Shown here piece after piece: positions 8,778 through 18,929 of a DNA stretch of 64,000 nt. The DNA lies in NCBI GenBank assembly GCA_002483085.1, contig DLHF01000080.1, positions 223 to 64,222 of the forward strand. The letters run 5' to 3'. Both the position numbers and the translations under genes were made by a program. This stretch comes from Ignavibacteria bacterium UBA7675. Lineage in GTDB: Bacteria > Bacteroidota > Ignavibacteria > Kapaibacteriales > UB7675. The notes beneath the pieces are model-generated. The model searched no databases and was not told the DNA's origin. It worked only from the letters and a program-made list of their open reading frames with translations. Each line of letters begins with the position of its first letter. Position 1 is the first letter of the stretch.

Positions 8778-10889
8778 ATGATAAAAATACTTTCCGTAGT
8801 TGCTGCTGCCTGCGCTGCCGTTGCTTCCGTATCGGTCTCGGCGCAAACGCTACCCGATGTGCTTCGCCCGGATGGGGAAACAAAGCATCTCGCAGTTGAT
8901 AGGTCGCACGATATCCACGCTCATGCCATAGTCGACAGGCCGACAGCAGTACAGCGTCGCAATTACGATGTGTTATCCTACGATTTGTTCATGGATTGGC
9001 GCAATCCGCTCACATCTACGGAAGTGACAGGGGCTGCACGTGTGTATTCGGGCATGAATCGCATACGCATGCACATCGACTCCGCAGGTGTATCGGTGCT
9101 GCGGCTGAATGCGAACCAGATGACTATCGACAGTGTCCATTGTACGCCCGCGCGCGCTCTCCAGCTTGCACAGCCGGTAGCCGAAGAGTGGAGCGTGTCG
9201 GCAGATACTCCGTTTGATGTGGGCGATACTGTAACGCTCGATGTCTATTATACAAGCCAAACGGCATTTAATAATGGGTTCTTTTTGTACGAAAAGGGTC
9301 TAGAAACAGGGCTGCTGCCCAATGGCGATGTGGCAATTGTGGAAGAGCGGCTTGCTTATACGATGAGCGAACCGTCCGATGCCCGCTCCTGGATGCCCTG
9401 CAACGATATGCCATACGACAAGGCGATGACTTCTATTGCCGTGCGGGTGCCCAAGCCATATACTGTTGCTTCCAATGGCCTGCTACAGGAAGTGCGCGAT
9501 GAGCAGGATGGCTCGCAGACCTACCAGTGGAAAAGTTCTTCGCCTATGCCAACGTATCTGATGGTGGCTGTGGCTTCGGTGTATAAAGAGTTCTCCGACT
9601 GGTACCATCGCCGCAGCAACCCGAACGACAGCATCCCAGTGTTGTATTATGTATGGCAAAAAGACTATGATGGCCAGGCGCTCGACCAGTCGGAGTACAA
9701 TGCGCGCCATGGTTTCCGCAATACTGTGCGTATGATGGAGAATTTTTCTGATAGATATGTAGAGTATCCGTTTGAGAAATACGGTATGGCTGCGCTTCAG
9801 CCGTTTGACTACGGTGGCATGGAACACCAAACGTTGTCGACGGTGCATCGCCGGTGGATACGGGTGTTCGACGATCCGGGCATTGCTCACGAGCTGATGC
9901 ACCAGTGGACGGGCGATTTAGTGACGTGTGCGAGCTTTGCGGATATCTGGCTCAACGAAGGCGGCGCTACCTATGGTGAAGCGCTTTGGGCAGAAGCCGA
10001 ACGAGGCAAGAATGGCTATAGAGCAACCTTGCTGGACAAGCGCGGTTCGTATCTCGGTTCTGCCAACAACCAGTCGCCGATCTACGCGCCTACAAATATT
10101 TTCAACTACGCAACAACCTATGCAAAAGCAGGCTGGGTGTACCACATGCTGCGCCGTATGCTTGGCGATGAGCTCTACTTTGCCACGATGAAAAAGTATT
10201 TTACAGAGTTCGCATATCGGTCGATTGAAACAGAAGATATGGTGGCTTTTTTCGAGCGCGAAGTGCCGGATTCTCCTGTGCCTTTTCGCACGTTTTTCGA
10301 TCAGTGGATATACAGCGCACGCCATCCCGTGTACGATGTTGCCTATAGTACGTATCCCGAAGAAGCCGAGGGGTTTCCTGTGCGTGTTGTAGTTCGCCAA
10401 ACGCAAAGCGGTGTAGCTGTTCCCGATGTATTTGTCATGCCACTTACTGTTACGCTGTATGGGGCGAACGACAGCTTAGACGTCCGTTTCCTTAATAACA
10501 GCCGCAGCCAGGAGCTTTTGCTGCACGCTCCGTTCCCAGTGGTGGGCGTGGGCGTCAATGACAATCTGGATGTGCTCGCTCAAGTGGAGCAGATAATATC
10601 CGGGGTCAATGACCGCAGTAGCGACGCCGTCGACATTGCACTTACGCCCAGCCCCGTAGTACGCGGTGGCGACGTGAACCTTGCCATAGGTGTACGCCAG
10701 CCGGGTCGGGTGGAAGTTATCATGCTCGACGCGATGGGCAGATCGGTAGATGTGCTGTACTCCGGAGCTCTTCAGCCCGGCTCGTATCGGCTGGCAAAGG
10801 CACTGCCCGATGTAGCATCCGGTATGTATTTTCTGCGTATTGCAAAAGATGGTAAGACCGATATGGTCAAATTTATCGTGACCGAATAA
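8778..10889 (+). CDS. Secreted M1-family zinc aminopeptidase with T9SS C-terminal sorting domain
   Basis: Signal peptide. GGMEHQ (GAMEN-like) followed by HELMHQW...x18...LNEGGATYGE (HEXXH-E gluzincin). C-terminal ...GMYFLRIAKDGKTDMVKFIVTE is a T9SS CTD. Confidence 0.8.
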   Translation: MIKILSVVAAACAAVASVSVSAQTLPDVLRPDGETKHLAVDRSHDIHAHAIVDRPTAVQRRNYDVLSYDLFMDWRNPLTSTEVTGAARVYSGMNRIRMHIDSAGVSVLRLNANQMTIDSVHCTPARALQLAQPVAEEWSVSADTPFDVGDTVTLDVYYTSQTAFNNGFFLYEKGLETGLLPNGDVAIVEERLAYTMSEPSDARSWMPCNDMPYDKAMTSIAVRVPKPYTVASNGLLQEVRDEQDGSQTYQWKSSSPMPTYLMVAVASVYKEFSDWYHRRSNPNDSIPVLYYVWQKDYDGQALDQSEYNARHGFRNTVRMMENFSDRYVEYPFEKYGMAALQPFDYGGMEHQTLSTVHRRWIRVFDDPGIAHELMHQWTGDLVTCASFADIWLNEGGATYGEALWAEAERGKNGYRATLLDKRGSYLGSANNQSPIYAPTNIFNYATTYAKAGWVYHMLRRMLGDELYFATMKKYFTEFAYRSIETEDMVAFFEREVPDSPVPFRTFFDQWIYSARHPVYDVAYSTYPEEAEGFPVRVVVRQTQSGVAVPDVFVMPLTVTLYGANDSLDVRFLNNSRSQELLLHAPFPVVGVGVNDNLDVLAQVEQIISGVNDRSSDAVDIALTPSPVVRGGDVNLAIGVRQPGRVEVIMLDAMGRSVDVLYSGALQPGSYRLAKALPDVASGMYFLRIAKDGKTDMVKFIVTE

Positions 10890-10895
10890 TTCCGT

Positions 10896-10930
10896 GCAAA
10901 AACGTCCTCTCCGAGGGCGTTTTTGTTTTC
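10896..10930 (+). terminator. Rho-independent terminator after the M1 peptidase gene
   Basis: AAACGTCCTCTCCGAGGGCGTTTTTGTTTT: GC-rich hairpin followed by a T-tract. Confidence 0.6.
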
Positions 10931-11047
10931 AGGGTGTGTACTTTAGTATCTCGGTCGCAAGGCCGGAACGTATGATATCTGTGCAGGGTGCGCGGATATT
11001 TATCGGAGGATATGCAAATGTCTCATACACAATCAGTAACAGTAGGT

Positions 11048-12226
11048 ATGGAACTGTCCAAAAGAGTCCTGGCAGCCAATGAATCGCAAACGCTGGCTAT
11101 TGCAGCACGTGCTAAGGCTATGAAAGCCTCGGGCATCGACGTGGTGAGCCTTTCTACCGGCGAGCCCGATTTCCCCACCCCCGAATGTGCAAGGAATGCC
11201 GCCATCCGAGCTGTGCAGGAAGATTTTACGCGCTACATGGAAACCAATGGTATTCTGGATTTGCGCGAAGCTGCGGCAGCGAAGTTTCGGGAAGAAAATG
11301 GTATTGCCGAGGCGACGTCCGGCACGGTGATTGTTTCTGCGGGCGTAAAGCAGTCGCTGTTTGTGGCTCTTACCGCGATGTGCAACGACGGCGACGAAGT
11401 AGTGACCATTGCGCCCTATTGGGTGAGCTATCCGGCGATGGCCACAATCTGCGGCGCTGTGCCCGTTGTGGTGCATACCGAGTACAATGAGCGCTATAAA
11501 GTCCGGCCCGACCGTCTGCGCGCTGCTCTCACGCCAAAGACAAAATGCGTTATTCTCAATTCGCCGTGCAATCCCACTGGTACAATGTACACGCCCGACG
11601 AGATGCGGGAACTCGTCGCCGTGCTGGAAGAGCACGACTGTTATATTATCAGCGATGAGATTTACGAAAAAATTGTCTATGGCGATGTTCCCCATATGAG
11701 CATCGGTTCGTTTCCAGAATTGCAAGGGCGGGTGCTTACGGCCAATGGCGTTGCAAAAGCGTTCTCTATGCCCGGTTGGCGCATAGGCTATATGCACGGT
11801 CCGGCGGAAGTGATGAAGCAGGCCAATAAGGTACAGGGGCAGTCGACTTCGCACCCCTCTACTATTGCCCAGAAGGCTGCTCTTGCTGCGCTGCTATACG
11901 CGCAGGACGATGTGGAGCGCATGCGCCAGGAGTTCAGCCATCGGCGCGATCTTATATGCGATGCGCTTGGGCAGGTGCCCAGTGTACGCTTCCACAAGCC
12001 CGATGGAGCGTTCTATATATTTGCTGATGTGTCGGAATATCTCGGCGGTAGCATCGCGACGTCGGCGGCATTGTGCGAGTATATTCTCGATAAATATCAA
12101 CTTGCGCTTGTGCCGGGAGAAGCTTTTGGAGCTCCGGGCTGTGTGCGATTTTCTTTTGCTACATCGCGCGAGCTTATTGCCAAAGGAGCCAGTCGTTTTG
12201 CCGATGCGCTTGCCTCGCTCAAATAG
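11048..12226 (+). CDS. Aspartate/aromatic aminotransferase (class I PLP-dependent)
   Basis: SLSTGEPDFPTPE, NSPCNPTG and SKAFSMPGWRIGY (PLP-binding Lys). Start refined to MELSKRVL (ATG 11048), matching the AspAT N-terminus; the track ORF starts at 10988. Confidence 0.85.
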   Translation: MELSKRVLAANESQTLAIAARAKAMKASGIDVVSLSTGEPDFPTPECARNAAIRAVQEDFTRYMETNGILDLREAAAAKFREENGIAEATSGTVIVSAGVKQSLFVALTAMCNDGDEVVTIAPYWVSYPAMATICGAVPVVVHTEYNERYKVRPDRLRAALTPKTKCVILNSPCNPTGTMYTPDEMRELVAVLEEHDCYIISDEIYEKIVYGDVPHMSIGSFPELQGRVLTANGVAKAFSMPGWRIGYMHGPAEVMKQANKVQGQSTSHPSTIAQKAALAALLYAQDDVERMRQEFSHRRDLICDALGQVPSVRFHKPDGAFYIFADVSEYLGGSIATSAALCEYILDKYQLALVPGEAFGAPGCVRFSFATSRELIAKGASRFADALASLK

Positions 12227-12290
12227 CTGCGTCGGGGATATGGAGGAACACCAGTTGGCCGCTTCAGTCGCTGTTGAGGCTTGTGGCCTC

Positions 12291-12429
12291 TGCACCGCGC
12301 AGCACAGCCGTCGCGTGTAGTGCCGGGGTTCACCGCAGCGGTAAGTGCGACCGGTGACAGCGACGCGGCGTAGGGGCGTCGCTTGAGGCGCCTCTACGCC
12401 GCCCCATCCGAAGCCGCCCGTGCCACAAA
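12291..12429 (+). repeat. Dispersed intergenic repeat, copy R1: L2 module TGCACCGCGCAGCACA at 12291 plus R module GTGCGACCGGTGACAGCGAC...GCCGCCCGTGCCACAAA, with an inserted palindrome
   Basis: R module shared with copies at 18568, 27549, 35076, 41816, 46973, 50277, 57056 and a degenerate one at 32214. This copy carries an extra imperfect palindrome GCGTAGGGGCG..CGCCTCTACGC. Confidence 0.7.
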
Positions 12430-12456
12430 GAAAATGCTGATAGTTGTTTGGTAGTT

Positions 12457-14574
12457 CTACGGTGCTACGAACGGGAATACAGTAATGTGCCCGCCCGATT
12501 CGCTTATCGCAATGTAAGCGCCTGCTGCAAGCCCTGCCAGAGTGATGGTTTGGCGGTATTCGCCCGGTGCGGCTGTATATCGTATGTCCCTCATACTGCG
12601 CCCGAGTACATCGGTAATGCTCAGGCGAAGAGTACACGGCGTGTCTACCCATCCGCTGGCTATGAGTTCTCCGTTGGCTACTGCAAAGGAAATACTATGC
12701 TCGGCGTTGGTGCCGCCCACCGATGTGATATTGAAATTGTATGGCTCCGATAATGTGCTACAGACATTTTCGTTGAATGAAGCTACTGTGTAGGAACCCG
12801 ACACAACGGGCTTGTACATCCGGTCGATAGCGCCGGTCAGTTCTATTCCATTGCGGTACCACTGATAGGCGAGAGCAGGGGAGGAGTAGAGCGTGCCCGC
12901 TATATTGCTAATCACCGGCTTCGTCGGCGCCGCATAGGTGAATACTTCTATGGTTTGCGATGTTCCTGTGCAGCCGAACGCATCGGCTACTACCACACTG
13001 TACACACCCGCTTCTTTTACAACAAGCGTTGCCGATGTTGCTCCTGTCGACCAATAGTACTGTGCATGCGATCCCGCAGCGAGAAGAACGCTATCGCCGT
13101 GGCAGAATGTCGTATCTCCCACAAGCTCTATGCTCGGGATTGGGCGCTCGTGCTGCTCCACACGCACAGCAGGCGACGGAGCTGTACAGCCTTCATCCGT
13201 AGTAACAACGACAGAGTACACACCGGGCTGGTCTACTGCAAGAAAGCGCGATGTTGCGCCATTGGACCATTGGTAGGACGCGAACTCGCCAGCGTCGAAT
13301 GCCAGAATATCGTCGCCGCACAGATAGACCGTGGACTGCTCCACGATGCGCGGCTTTGGCGTTGCGTACACGGAAAAAGTGCCGCTTGTAGCTACTGCAA
13401 TGCCATTAGTTTCCGCAATGCTTATCCGGTAGCCTGTGCCCGGAGCCACCGAGGTAGGCACCACAACCTGCGCGCTGAACGGATAGGATGCGGAAACAAT
13501 ATCGAGCTGTAAAGGCATACTGAAGGAGCCTGTGGCATCGGAGAGCAGGACGCGAAAGGCACCGGAGCACGGTTCAAGCCCGTTGACCTCGAAGGTAGTG
13601 GCAAGCGTCTGTCCCTGGCAGACATTATCGGGAGTGCGAACGTACATTGCTTTGGGCAGGTCGAGAAACGCCAGCCCGGTCTGTGTGCCGATCCAGATAT
13701 CTTCGTCTTTGGGCGCAAGAGCAAGCACATAATTGCCGGGAATGGACGAAGAACCTGTTTGGAACAATGCTCCGAATTGTACGCGGTCGTCGGTAAGGCC
13801 GCCAAAGCGCGTTCCCATCCACACATGTCCACACGAAGCAGAAGCCAAACTGCGCACCGAACCATCTGCGAGATTTTTGTCGTACATTGCCCACGTGCCT
13901 TCGCCCGGCCTGTACACCGCTACCCCGTGATTATCCCACATACCGATAAACAACCGGCCTTCGCTTCCTACAAGCGAGATGACTGTATTTGCAGGGAGTG
14001 GGGAATTGGCAGTGGTAAAGACTTTCCACGCCGAACCATTAAAACCGACGAGGCCACCGCCTTCGGTGCCCATCCAGAGCTGTCCGCTTTCTACGGCAAG
14101 CGCAAGGATGTTATCCGAGGAAAGTTGAGAATTTTGCGATGTGTACACTGTCCAGCTCGACCCGTCGTAGCTCGCCAATCCGCCGGTTGTAGCAAACCAT
14201 GTACGGCCATTCCACTCTACAATGGCGCGAATATCATTGGATGGCAAGGGCGACGACGTCGTTGTAAACGATGTCCATTGGCCGTTTTCAAGGCGAGCCA
14301 GCCCCGATGTTGTTCCCACCCATAGCACTGGCGGCACCGCGAGCAGGCTTTTGATATAATTACCGGGAAGGCCCGAGTCGGAGGTGTAGCTCGTCCATTC
14401 CGTGCCATTGTAGCGAGCGAGCCCCGCAGGAGTACCCGCCCACAACAGGGAGTCGCGCAGGGCAAGCGCCGTTATCTCATTATCGGGCAGGCCGTCGGCA
14501 GTGGAAAAAGCACGCCACTGCTGCGCGCACAATACCGCAGGCAGAAATAGCAAGAGGAAGAACATCCGAAGCAT
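12457..14574 (-). CDS. Secreted beta-propeller (two-component-regulator-propeller repeats) plus SprB-repeat protein with T9SS CTD
   Basis: Signal peptide MLRMFFLLLFLPAVLCAQQ. At least seven repeats of type LWAGTPAGLARYNGTEWTSYT (Reg_prop-like). Ig/SprB-like repeats (GVYSVVVTTDEGCT, GVYSVVVADAFGCTGTS). Probable T9SS CTD at the C-terminus. Confidence 0.75.
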   Translation of the reverse strand: MLRMFFLLLFLPAVLCAQQWRAFSTADGLPDNEITALALRDSLLWAGTPAGLARYNGTEWTSYTSDSGLPGNYIKSLLAVPPVLWVGTTSGLARLENGQWTSFTTTSSPLPSNDIRAIVEWNGRTWFATTGGLASYDGSSWTVYTSQNSQLSSDNILALAVESGQLWMGTEGGGLVGFNGSAWKVFTTANSPLPANTVISLVGSEGRLFIGMWDNHGVAVYRPGEGTWAMYDKNLADGSVRSLASASCGHVWMGTRFGGLTDDRVQFGALFQTGSSSIPGNYVLALAPKDEDIWIGTQTGLAFLDLPKAMYVRTPDNVCQGQTLATTFEVNGLEPCSGAFRVLLSDATGSFSMPLQLDIVSASYPFSAQVVVPTSVAPGTGYRISIAETNGIAVATSGTFSVYATPKPRIVEQSTVYLCGDDILAFDAGEFASYQWSNGATSRFLAVDQPGVYSVVVTTDEGCTAPSPAVRVEQHERPIPSIELVGDTTFCHGDSVLLAAGSHAQYYWSTGATSATLVVKEAGVYSVVVADAFGCTGTSQTIEVFTYAAPTKPVISNIAGTLYSSPALAYQWYRNGIELTGAIDRMYKPVVSGSYTVASFNENVCSTLSEPYNFNITSVGGTNAEHSISFAVANGELIASGWVDTPCTLRLSITDVLGRSMRDIRYTAAPGEYRQTITLAGLAAGAYIAISESGGHITVFPFVAP

Positions 14575-14605
14575 AAGCCCTCCGCAAAAGACTGGAAGGA
14601 GTTTA

Positions 14606-15289
14606 TCAGACTACAACGCTGTGTGCCCGTTCGCCTGCCTGCCGTATGGCAGCAATATTGTCCTCTACCGAACCGCCGAACACCCCCGAACCGCTGACAA
14701 TCATGGACGCCCCAGCCCGCACGACTTCTTCGGCATTCGATGCCTTGATACCGCCATCGACTTCGATTTCCACGTGTGCAAAGCCGTTTGTGTCGAGAAA
14801 ATCGCGCAGCGCCGCACAGCGTCGTAAAAACGAGGTGATGAACTGCTGCCCACCGAAGCCGGGATTGACCGACATTAGCAGGACGAAGTCGCAGCACTCC
14901 ACAGCGTCAAAAATCGTATTGATTGGCGTTGCTGGATTCAGCACAACGCCAGATTTTACACCGAGCTCGCGTATGAGCATCAGTGTGCGATGCAGATGCG
15001 GCGACGTTTCCTGATGGACAGAAATAAAATCGGCACCTGCCTGTGCAAACTGCTGCACATAGCGCTCGGGTTTTTCAATCATCAGATGCACATCCAACGG
15101 GAGCTGTGTTACCGGTCTAATTGCTTCCACAACCAGTGGGCCTATTGTGATATTAGGCACAAAGTGGCCATCCATCACATCGACGTGGAGCAGGTCGGCA
15201 CCAGCGGCTTCACAGCGGCGGATGTCGTCTTCGAGTCGGGCGAAATTTGCCGAAAGCAGCGAGGGCGCGATTTTTACAGAGTGTTTCAT
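14606..15289 (-). CDS. rpe: Ribulose-phosphate 3-epimerase
   Basis: IAPSLLSANFARLEDDI...LHVDVMDGHFVPNITIGP...DVHLM is the canonical Rpe sequence. Confidence 0.9.
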   Translation of the reverse strand: MKHSVKIAPSLLSANFARLEDDIRRCEAAGADLLHVDVMDGHFVPNITIGPLVVEAIRPVTQLPLDVHLMIEKPERYVQQFAQAGADFISVHQETSPHLHRTLMLIRELGVKSGVVLNPATPINTIFDAVECCDFVLLMSVNPGFGGQQFITSFLRRCAALRDFLDTNGFAHVEIEVDGGIKASNAEEVVRAGASMIVSGSGVFGGSVEDNIAAIRQAGERAHSVVV

Positions 15290-15322
15290 GGTCGGAGAGT
15301 AAAGGAAAAATCGAAGGTCGGT

Positions 15323-15865
15323 TTATTTGCCGTCCTTTTTGAATGACAGGGACGCGGAGTTCATACAGTATCGCAGACCAGTTGGCTTGGGGCCATCGTC
15401 GAACACATGGCCGAGATGGGCGTCGCAGCGAGCGCATCGCACTTCTGTGCGCGACATGAACAAGCTGTTGTCCACGCCTGTTGCCACGTGGGTAGGGTCG
15501 ATAGGCTCCCAGAAGCTGGGCCAGCCAGTACCGGAATTGTATTTGGCAGCAGAGCTAAAGAGCGGCAGTCCACAGCAGACGCAGTTGTACACTCCCTTTT
15601 CGTGGTTGTCCCAGTATTGATTGGCAAAGGCGGGTTCTGTACCGCTTTTACGCGTTACTTCATACTGTTTCGGCGTCAGTTGTGCTTTCCACTCTTGGTC
15701 GGTTTTTACTACTTTTTCCATCTTCGCATGCTCCTTCTTGTGTTGAGATTGCTGTGCGTTGGATGTAAATGCGGCAACCTGTTGATCGCCGTGCGAATTG
15801 TTGTTGCATGCTCCACAGGCAAGGACGATAACGGCAATACCTGCGAGGACGACAAATAATTTCAT
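15323..15865 (-). CDS. msrB: Peptide-methionine (R)-S-oxide reductase MsrB, lipoprotein/secreted form
   Basis: C-terminal GTGWPSF...[17 protein letters not shown] is the SelR/MsrB domain. Start refined to [20 protein letters not shown] (lipoprotein signal) at ATG 15865, preceded by a GGAGG RBS. Confidence 0.85.
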   Translation of the reverse strand: MKLFVVLAGIAVIVLACGACNNNSHGDQQVAAFTSNAQQSQHKKEHAKMEKVVKTDQEWKAQLTPKQYEVTRKSGTEPAFANQYWDNHEKGVYNCVCCGLPLFSSAAKYNSGTGWPSFWEPIDPTHVATGVDNSLFMSRTEVRCARCDAHLGHVFDDGPKPTGLRYCMNSASLSFKKDGK

Positions 15866-16064
15866 ACAAACCTCCGATAAAACATTCGGTTGCCTGACTG
15901 CTTCTTGCCGAAAGCCCACCGGGTGCATACTTCTTGCTCTGTTCTTTTTCCGGCGGTCTACGACCATGAGCGATATTGTGCAGCGTATGCAGCCGAACGA
16001 CAGACAATTCAATCAATAGTTACTGCACACGTCCGAATCGCTCATATATTTATTGCAGAGCCTG

Positions 16065-18512
16065 CTACAGCGACGGCGGAGGATTAAAACTGCGAACTGC
16101 ATGATGGAAGCCTTCGAGCACCATGCCCACCTTGCCAAACACCGTATTAGGCGGGTATTTCAGGTTTTCGTCATGAGTTCCGGCAGGTATGCCTGTAAGC
16201 AGTTCTATGCCCTCTTCGATTGTCGACACCGGATAAATATGGAATGCTTTCTTTTTCACTGCCTCGACCACGCTTTTGTGCAGCATGAGGTCTTTTACAT
16301 TTTGCACGGGTATGAGCACGCCCTGATTGCCGGTAAGGCCACGCGCAGCGCATATCTCGAAAAAGCCTTCAATCTTTTCGTTGACGCCGCCGATGGGCTG
16401 GATATCGCCCTTCTGGTTCACGGAGCCTGTTACTGCCAAGTCCTGCCGGATGGGAATTCGTGCCAGTGCTGAAATCAGCGCGTAGACTTCTGTAGAAGAT
16501 GCGCTGTCGCCGTCGACGCCGCCATAGGACTGTTCAAAAGCGACAGAAGCCGACATCGATAGGGGATGGGCGTGGGCAAACCGGTCGCGCAGGATGCCGG
16601 ACAGGATGAGCAGGCCCTTGTCGTGTGAGCTGCCGCTGAGCTGCGACTCGCGTTCGATATTCATGATACCCGAGGTACCCATGCCTGCCGATGCAGTAAT
16701 GCGCGTAGGTTTACCAAAGGAAACGAGGCCCGTGCTGTACACCGCCAGCCCGTTGATCTGGCCTATGCGCGTGCCCGTCGTGTCGATGAGCAGCGTACCG
16801 GCGAGGATATTATTGCGGATTTTTTCATCCACTAAATTATTGCGCCAGTGCCGCTTTTCTAATGCTTGCTCCACATCTCGGCGGCGGATAAGGCGCGAGG
16901 ACGACTGTAGGGCATAGAACGACGATTCGCGTATGACATCGGCCACGTCGCTGAAGCGCAGGGTCGTGCGCGAGCGGTCGCCAGCCAATTCCACAGCAAA
17001 TTCGACGAGTGCTGCTACTCCGCTTTTGTCGAAGTGCGGTAGCTGTTCTTCTTCGCAGATTTTTGCCACAAACCGGGCGTAATAGCCAATCATTGTCTCG
17101 GTGAGCGGCGTTTCATAGTCGAACTCGGAATTTACTTTGAAAATTTTTCGGAAATCTTCTTCGTAAAAATACAACGAGCGATAGATGTCCTGGTCGCCGA
17201 TAAGGATGATTTTGACGTCGATATCGATGGCTTCGGGTTTTAGCGTCGTTTGGGCAATTTGGAAATAGCTGTCCATTGGCTGAATTTCTAATTTGCGGTG
17301 CAGCAGCACGCGCTTCAGTGCTTTCCACACGCCGGTTTCGCCTAGCATGTCTAAAGCATTAACAATCAGGTACCCGCCATTGGCTTTTAGCAGTGCGCCT
17401 GCTTTGATATAGCGGAAATCCGTGATCCAGAAGCCGCGCTGCTCGTATTTTTTCTCGATAGTGCCAAAGAGATTGACAAACGATGGCGTAGTTTCGATAA
17501 TAACAGGCGGACGCTCTGTGTCGGAGTTGTCGAGTACCACATTTACTTCGTAGCGCTCAAAAGCTTTGTCGACGGCATCTTCTGTTTCTGTCTGTTCGGC
17601 AGTCGCAGCGGGCCGGTTGGGATTGAACACGTCCACATTGTCGAGAAGTTCGTTTTCTGCTTCGCTCAGATACGCATTGAGCTGTTCGCTTTCGCTCAGA
17701 AATGTAGAGCGCAATTCGTCGAACGCACTTTTTACTACAACGCCAGCCGCCAGCCTGTCGTGTTCGGCCAGAGCACGGCGAAATTCTTGCATCAGCTTTA
17801 CGCCCGAGCGCACAAGATCGACGAGTTCGTCCTGATATTTCTGATAGTGTTCGCTTATTTCCCGGGCTCGCTCGCGTGTGAGCACGCCTTTTTTGATAAG
17901 GTCTTCGAGGTCGGATGGCGTGTGGAGCTGGTCGTCTATGAGGATAAAGATAGCGGGATGGCTGTTTCCGGCTTCGCCTTCTACGCGCCCGAGCACAAAG
18001 CCTTCGGGCTGTAGTTTTGTGTTGAAGTCGGTGAGAATCGTGGTTTCGCGCTCTTGGTATCTGCGTATCAGGTCCTTGCGTGTTTGCTGGAACCCTTCTT
18101 CTTCAAAGAGTTGCGGTATTCTCATGCGCAGGTACGAGATGGTGTCTTTCATAGCTTTGGCAAAGGCTTTTCCCAAGCCCGCACTAAAGCGCAGCAGCTT
18201 TGGCTCGTTTGGCTCGTGAAAGTTGTGCACATAGCAGAAGTCGCAGAGCTTCGCCTTGGTATCCCGAACGTCCTCTAATATTTTTTTTACCGTAGTAAGG
18301 CGTCCGGTGCCCGATAAGCCCGAGACAAAGAGATTATAGCCGGGGGAAGCGAGCTGGGCACCGAGATGTATAGACTCAATTGCCCGGGGCTGGCCTACGA
18401 TTTCTGTAAGCGGCTCAAGTTCTTTAGTCGAGGAAAAAGCGAAGTACGAGGTGGGGCATTCCCAGCGGAGTTCAGACGGAACCAGTTCGCGATGCGTTGT
18501 CTTCTTTGCCAT
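16065..18512 (-). CDS. Lon-like ATP-dependent serine protease (S16; COG1067/LonB-type, 815 aa)
   Basis: AAA-like segment NLFVSGLSGTGRLT. C-terminal S16 domain with Ser-Lys dyad context GVDGDSASSTEVYALISAL...IGGVNEKIEGF. Confidence 0.7.
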   Translation of the reverse strand: MAKKTTHRELVPSELRWECPTSYFAFSSTKELEPLTEIVGQPRAIESIHLGAQLASPGYNLFVSGLSGTGRLTTVKKILEDVRDTKAKLCDFCYVHNFHEPNEPKLLRFSAGLGKAFAKAMKDTISYLRMRIPQLFEEEGFQQTRKDLIRRYQERETTILTDFNTKLQPEGFVLGRVEGEAGNSHPAIFILIDDQLHTPSDLEDLIKKGVLTRERAREISEHYQKYQDELVDLVRSGVKLMQEFRRALAEHDRLAAGVVVKSAFDELRSTFLSESEQLNAYLSEAENELLDNVDVFNPNRPAATAEQTETEDAVDKAFERYEVNVVLDNSDTERPPVIIETTPSFVNLFGTIEKKYEQRGFWITDFRYIKAGALLKANGGYLIVNALDMLGETGVWKALKRVLLHRKLEIQPMDSYFQIAQTTLKPEAIDIDVKIILIGDQDIYRSLYFYEEDFRKIFKVNSEFDYETPLTETMIGYYARFVAKICEEEQLPHFDKSGVAALVEFAVELAGDRSRTTLRFSDVADVIRESSFYALQSSSRLIRRRDVEQALEKRHWRNNLVDEKIRNNILAGTLLIDTTGTRIGQINGLAVYSTGLVSFGKPTRITASAGMGTSGIMNIERESQLSGSSHDKGLLILSGILRDRFAHAHPLSMSASVAFEQSYGGVDGDSASSTEVYALISALARIPIRQDLAVTGSVNQKGDIQPIGGVNEKIEGFFEICAARGLTGNQGVLIPVQNVKDLMLHKSVVEAVKKKAFHIYPVSTIEEGIELLTGIPAGTHDENLKYPPNTVFGKVGMVLEGFHHAVRSFNPPPSL

Positions 18513-18567
18513 AACTCTTCCTGCCGATGATGTCGCTGTCCGAAGTTCTTCTGTGACAAAAGTATGT

Positions 18568-18616
18568 GCACGGGCGTCTTTGCAGCACCCGTTTAGCCGC
18601 TGTCACCGGTCGCAAT
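18568..18616 (-). repeat. Dispersed repeat R-module copy R8 (reverse orientation)
   Basis: Reverse complement reads TTGCGACCGGTGACAGCGGC...GACGCCCGTGCAC. Confidence 0.65.
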
Positions 18617-18929
18617 CCCGTTGGAGCTATGGCCCAAACGACTTCGCAAACAAGCTGTTATCGACTTGTCTTTGCACCGTGATTGTGAACTCGGAGCACC
18701 ATTCTCATAAGAATAGCGTGCAAACGAACTTATGATAATAATGCCGAAGACGAATTCATAGGGATAATGCAAGGACGACGCAGCACGGTTCGCTCTGTTG
18801 GCCTACAGCTTCACACTTCAGACAACTGTGTTGTACTACTTATAAAGTGCGTAAAATAAGAAAAAAAACGACGATGCAGCATGTGCAATAACAAAGGTGT
18901 AGCAAGAGCTTTGCAAGGCAGTGATCGGC

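Noticed and set aside
11033-11854. 273-aa ORF on the minus strand
   Set aside because: Antisense to the aspartate aminotransferase gene; no motifs.
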